DNA of 62,928 nt, the filler included, from Octopus bimaculoides (Eukaryota), in NCBI RefSeq assembly GCF_001194135.2. It is 7 parts of 7 records of this genome, joined end to end, with 100 filler letters (N's around TTAATTAATTAA, not from the genome) between each part and the next. Parts side by side here need not be neighbours in the genome. Positions count along the whole stretch, not along the records: positions 61,339 to 62,928 come from NC_068981.1; 6 more parts are not named here. One strand, 5' to 3'. Below, one piece after another: positions 62,570-62,928 of the stretch. Each line of letters begins with the position of its first letter. Position 1 is the stretch's first letter. The notes under the pieces were generated by a model, which searched no databases, was not told where the DNA came from, and saw only the letters and a program-made list of their open reading frames with translations. A program made the translations under genes and the position numbers.

Positions 62570-62720
62570 TCGTCGTCGTTTAACGTCCGCTTTCCATGCT
62601 AGCATGGGTTGGACGATTTGCCTGAGGTCTGGTGAAACCAGATGGCTACACCAGGCTCCAATCTAATTTGGCAGAGTTTCTACAGCTGGATGCCCTTCCC
62701 AACGCCAACCACTCCGAGAT
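62570..62720 (-). mobile_element. RTE 3' UTR fragment inverted relative to 61640-61800
   Basis: CGCTTTCCATGCTAGCATGGGTTGGACGATTT...GGCAGAGTTTCTACAGCTGGATGCCCTTCC.AACGCCAACCACTC. Confidence 0.9.
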
Positions 62721-62817
62721 GTTCATATATATATATGGATCTACAAATACAATATCCCTACATTCACTCTCTATTTCTTATCTTATCTAAACTATTGCTT
62801 AACCATCCCCTCACACC

Positions 62818-62865
62818 GTCTCCGATGAAGGGATATAATAAATATCCTGGAAACAGCTGTAAGAC
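62818..62865 (+). ncRNA. Penelope-type minimal type-I hammerhead (C4 variant)
   Basis: GTCT-CCGATGA-A-GGGATAT[AATAA]ATATCCT-G-GAAAC-AGCT-GT-A-AGAC. It has a 4-bp stem I, a 7-bp stem II, palindromic ACAGCTGT and a GUA triplet; it is preceded by a pyrimidine-rich tract. Confidence 0.75.
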
Positions 62866-62928
62866 CTTCTATTTATAAATGCTCTATATTATACGCAGCC
62901 TTGGTTTCTTTATCCCATTACGAAAAGT

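Overview
Eukaryotic, AT-rich, repeat-saturated draft genomic scaffold with many N-gaps. The SINE, LINE and microsatellite landscape and the 100-bp gaps carrying a TTAATTAATTAA linker suggest an octopus (coleoid cephalopod) assembly; this is inference from memory of such sequence, not a database result. Almost every ORF in the supplied track is a microsatellite or N-gap artefact. No intact TE ORF, rRNA, true tRNA gene or CRISPR array is visible. Supported content: (1) decayed DNA transposons (one hAT relic, six Tc1/mariner relics, several MITEs); (2) LINE relics (Tx1/L1, RTE, CR1/L2-group, a possible Penelope-like element); (3) at least four tRNA-derived SINE families, often nested, tandem or TSD-flanked; (4) several small splice-bounded candidate exons of unidentified host genes, mostly on the + strand, all low to moderate confidence. 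The most striking unannotated signal is about a dozen minimal type-I hammerhead-ribozyme-like motifs. Four loci have them inside ~328-345 bp direct-repeat units (20.4, 46.8, 52.7 and 54.3 kb), a retrozyme or Penelope pseudo-LTR-like architecture. Several carry non-canonical cores (U3-A8, U3.G8, A12, C4, U6) while their stems covary. All RNA folds were parsed by eye, and none has been tested computationally or experimentally.
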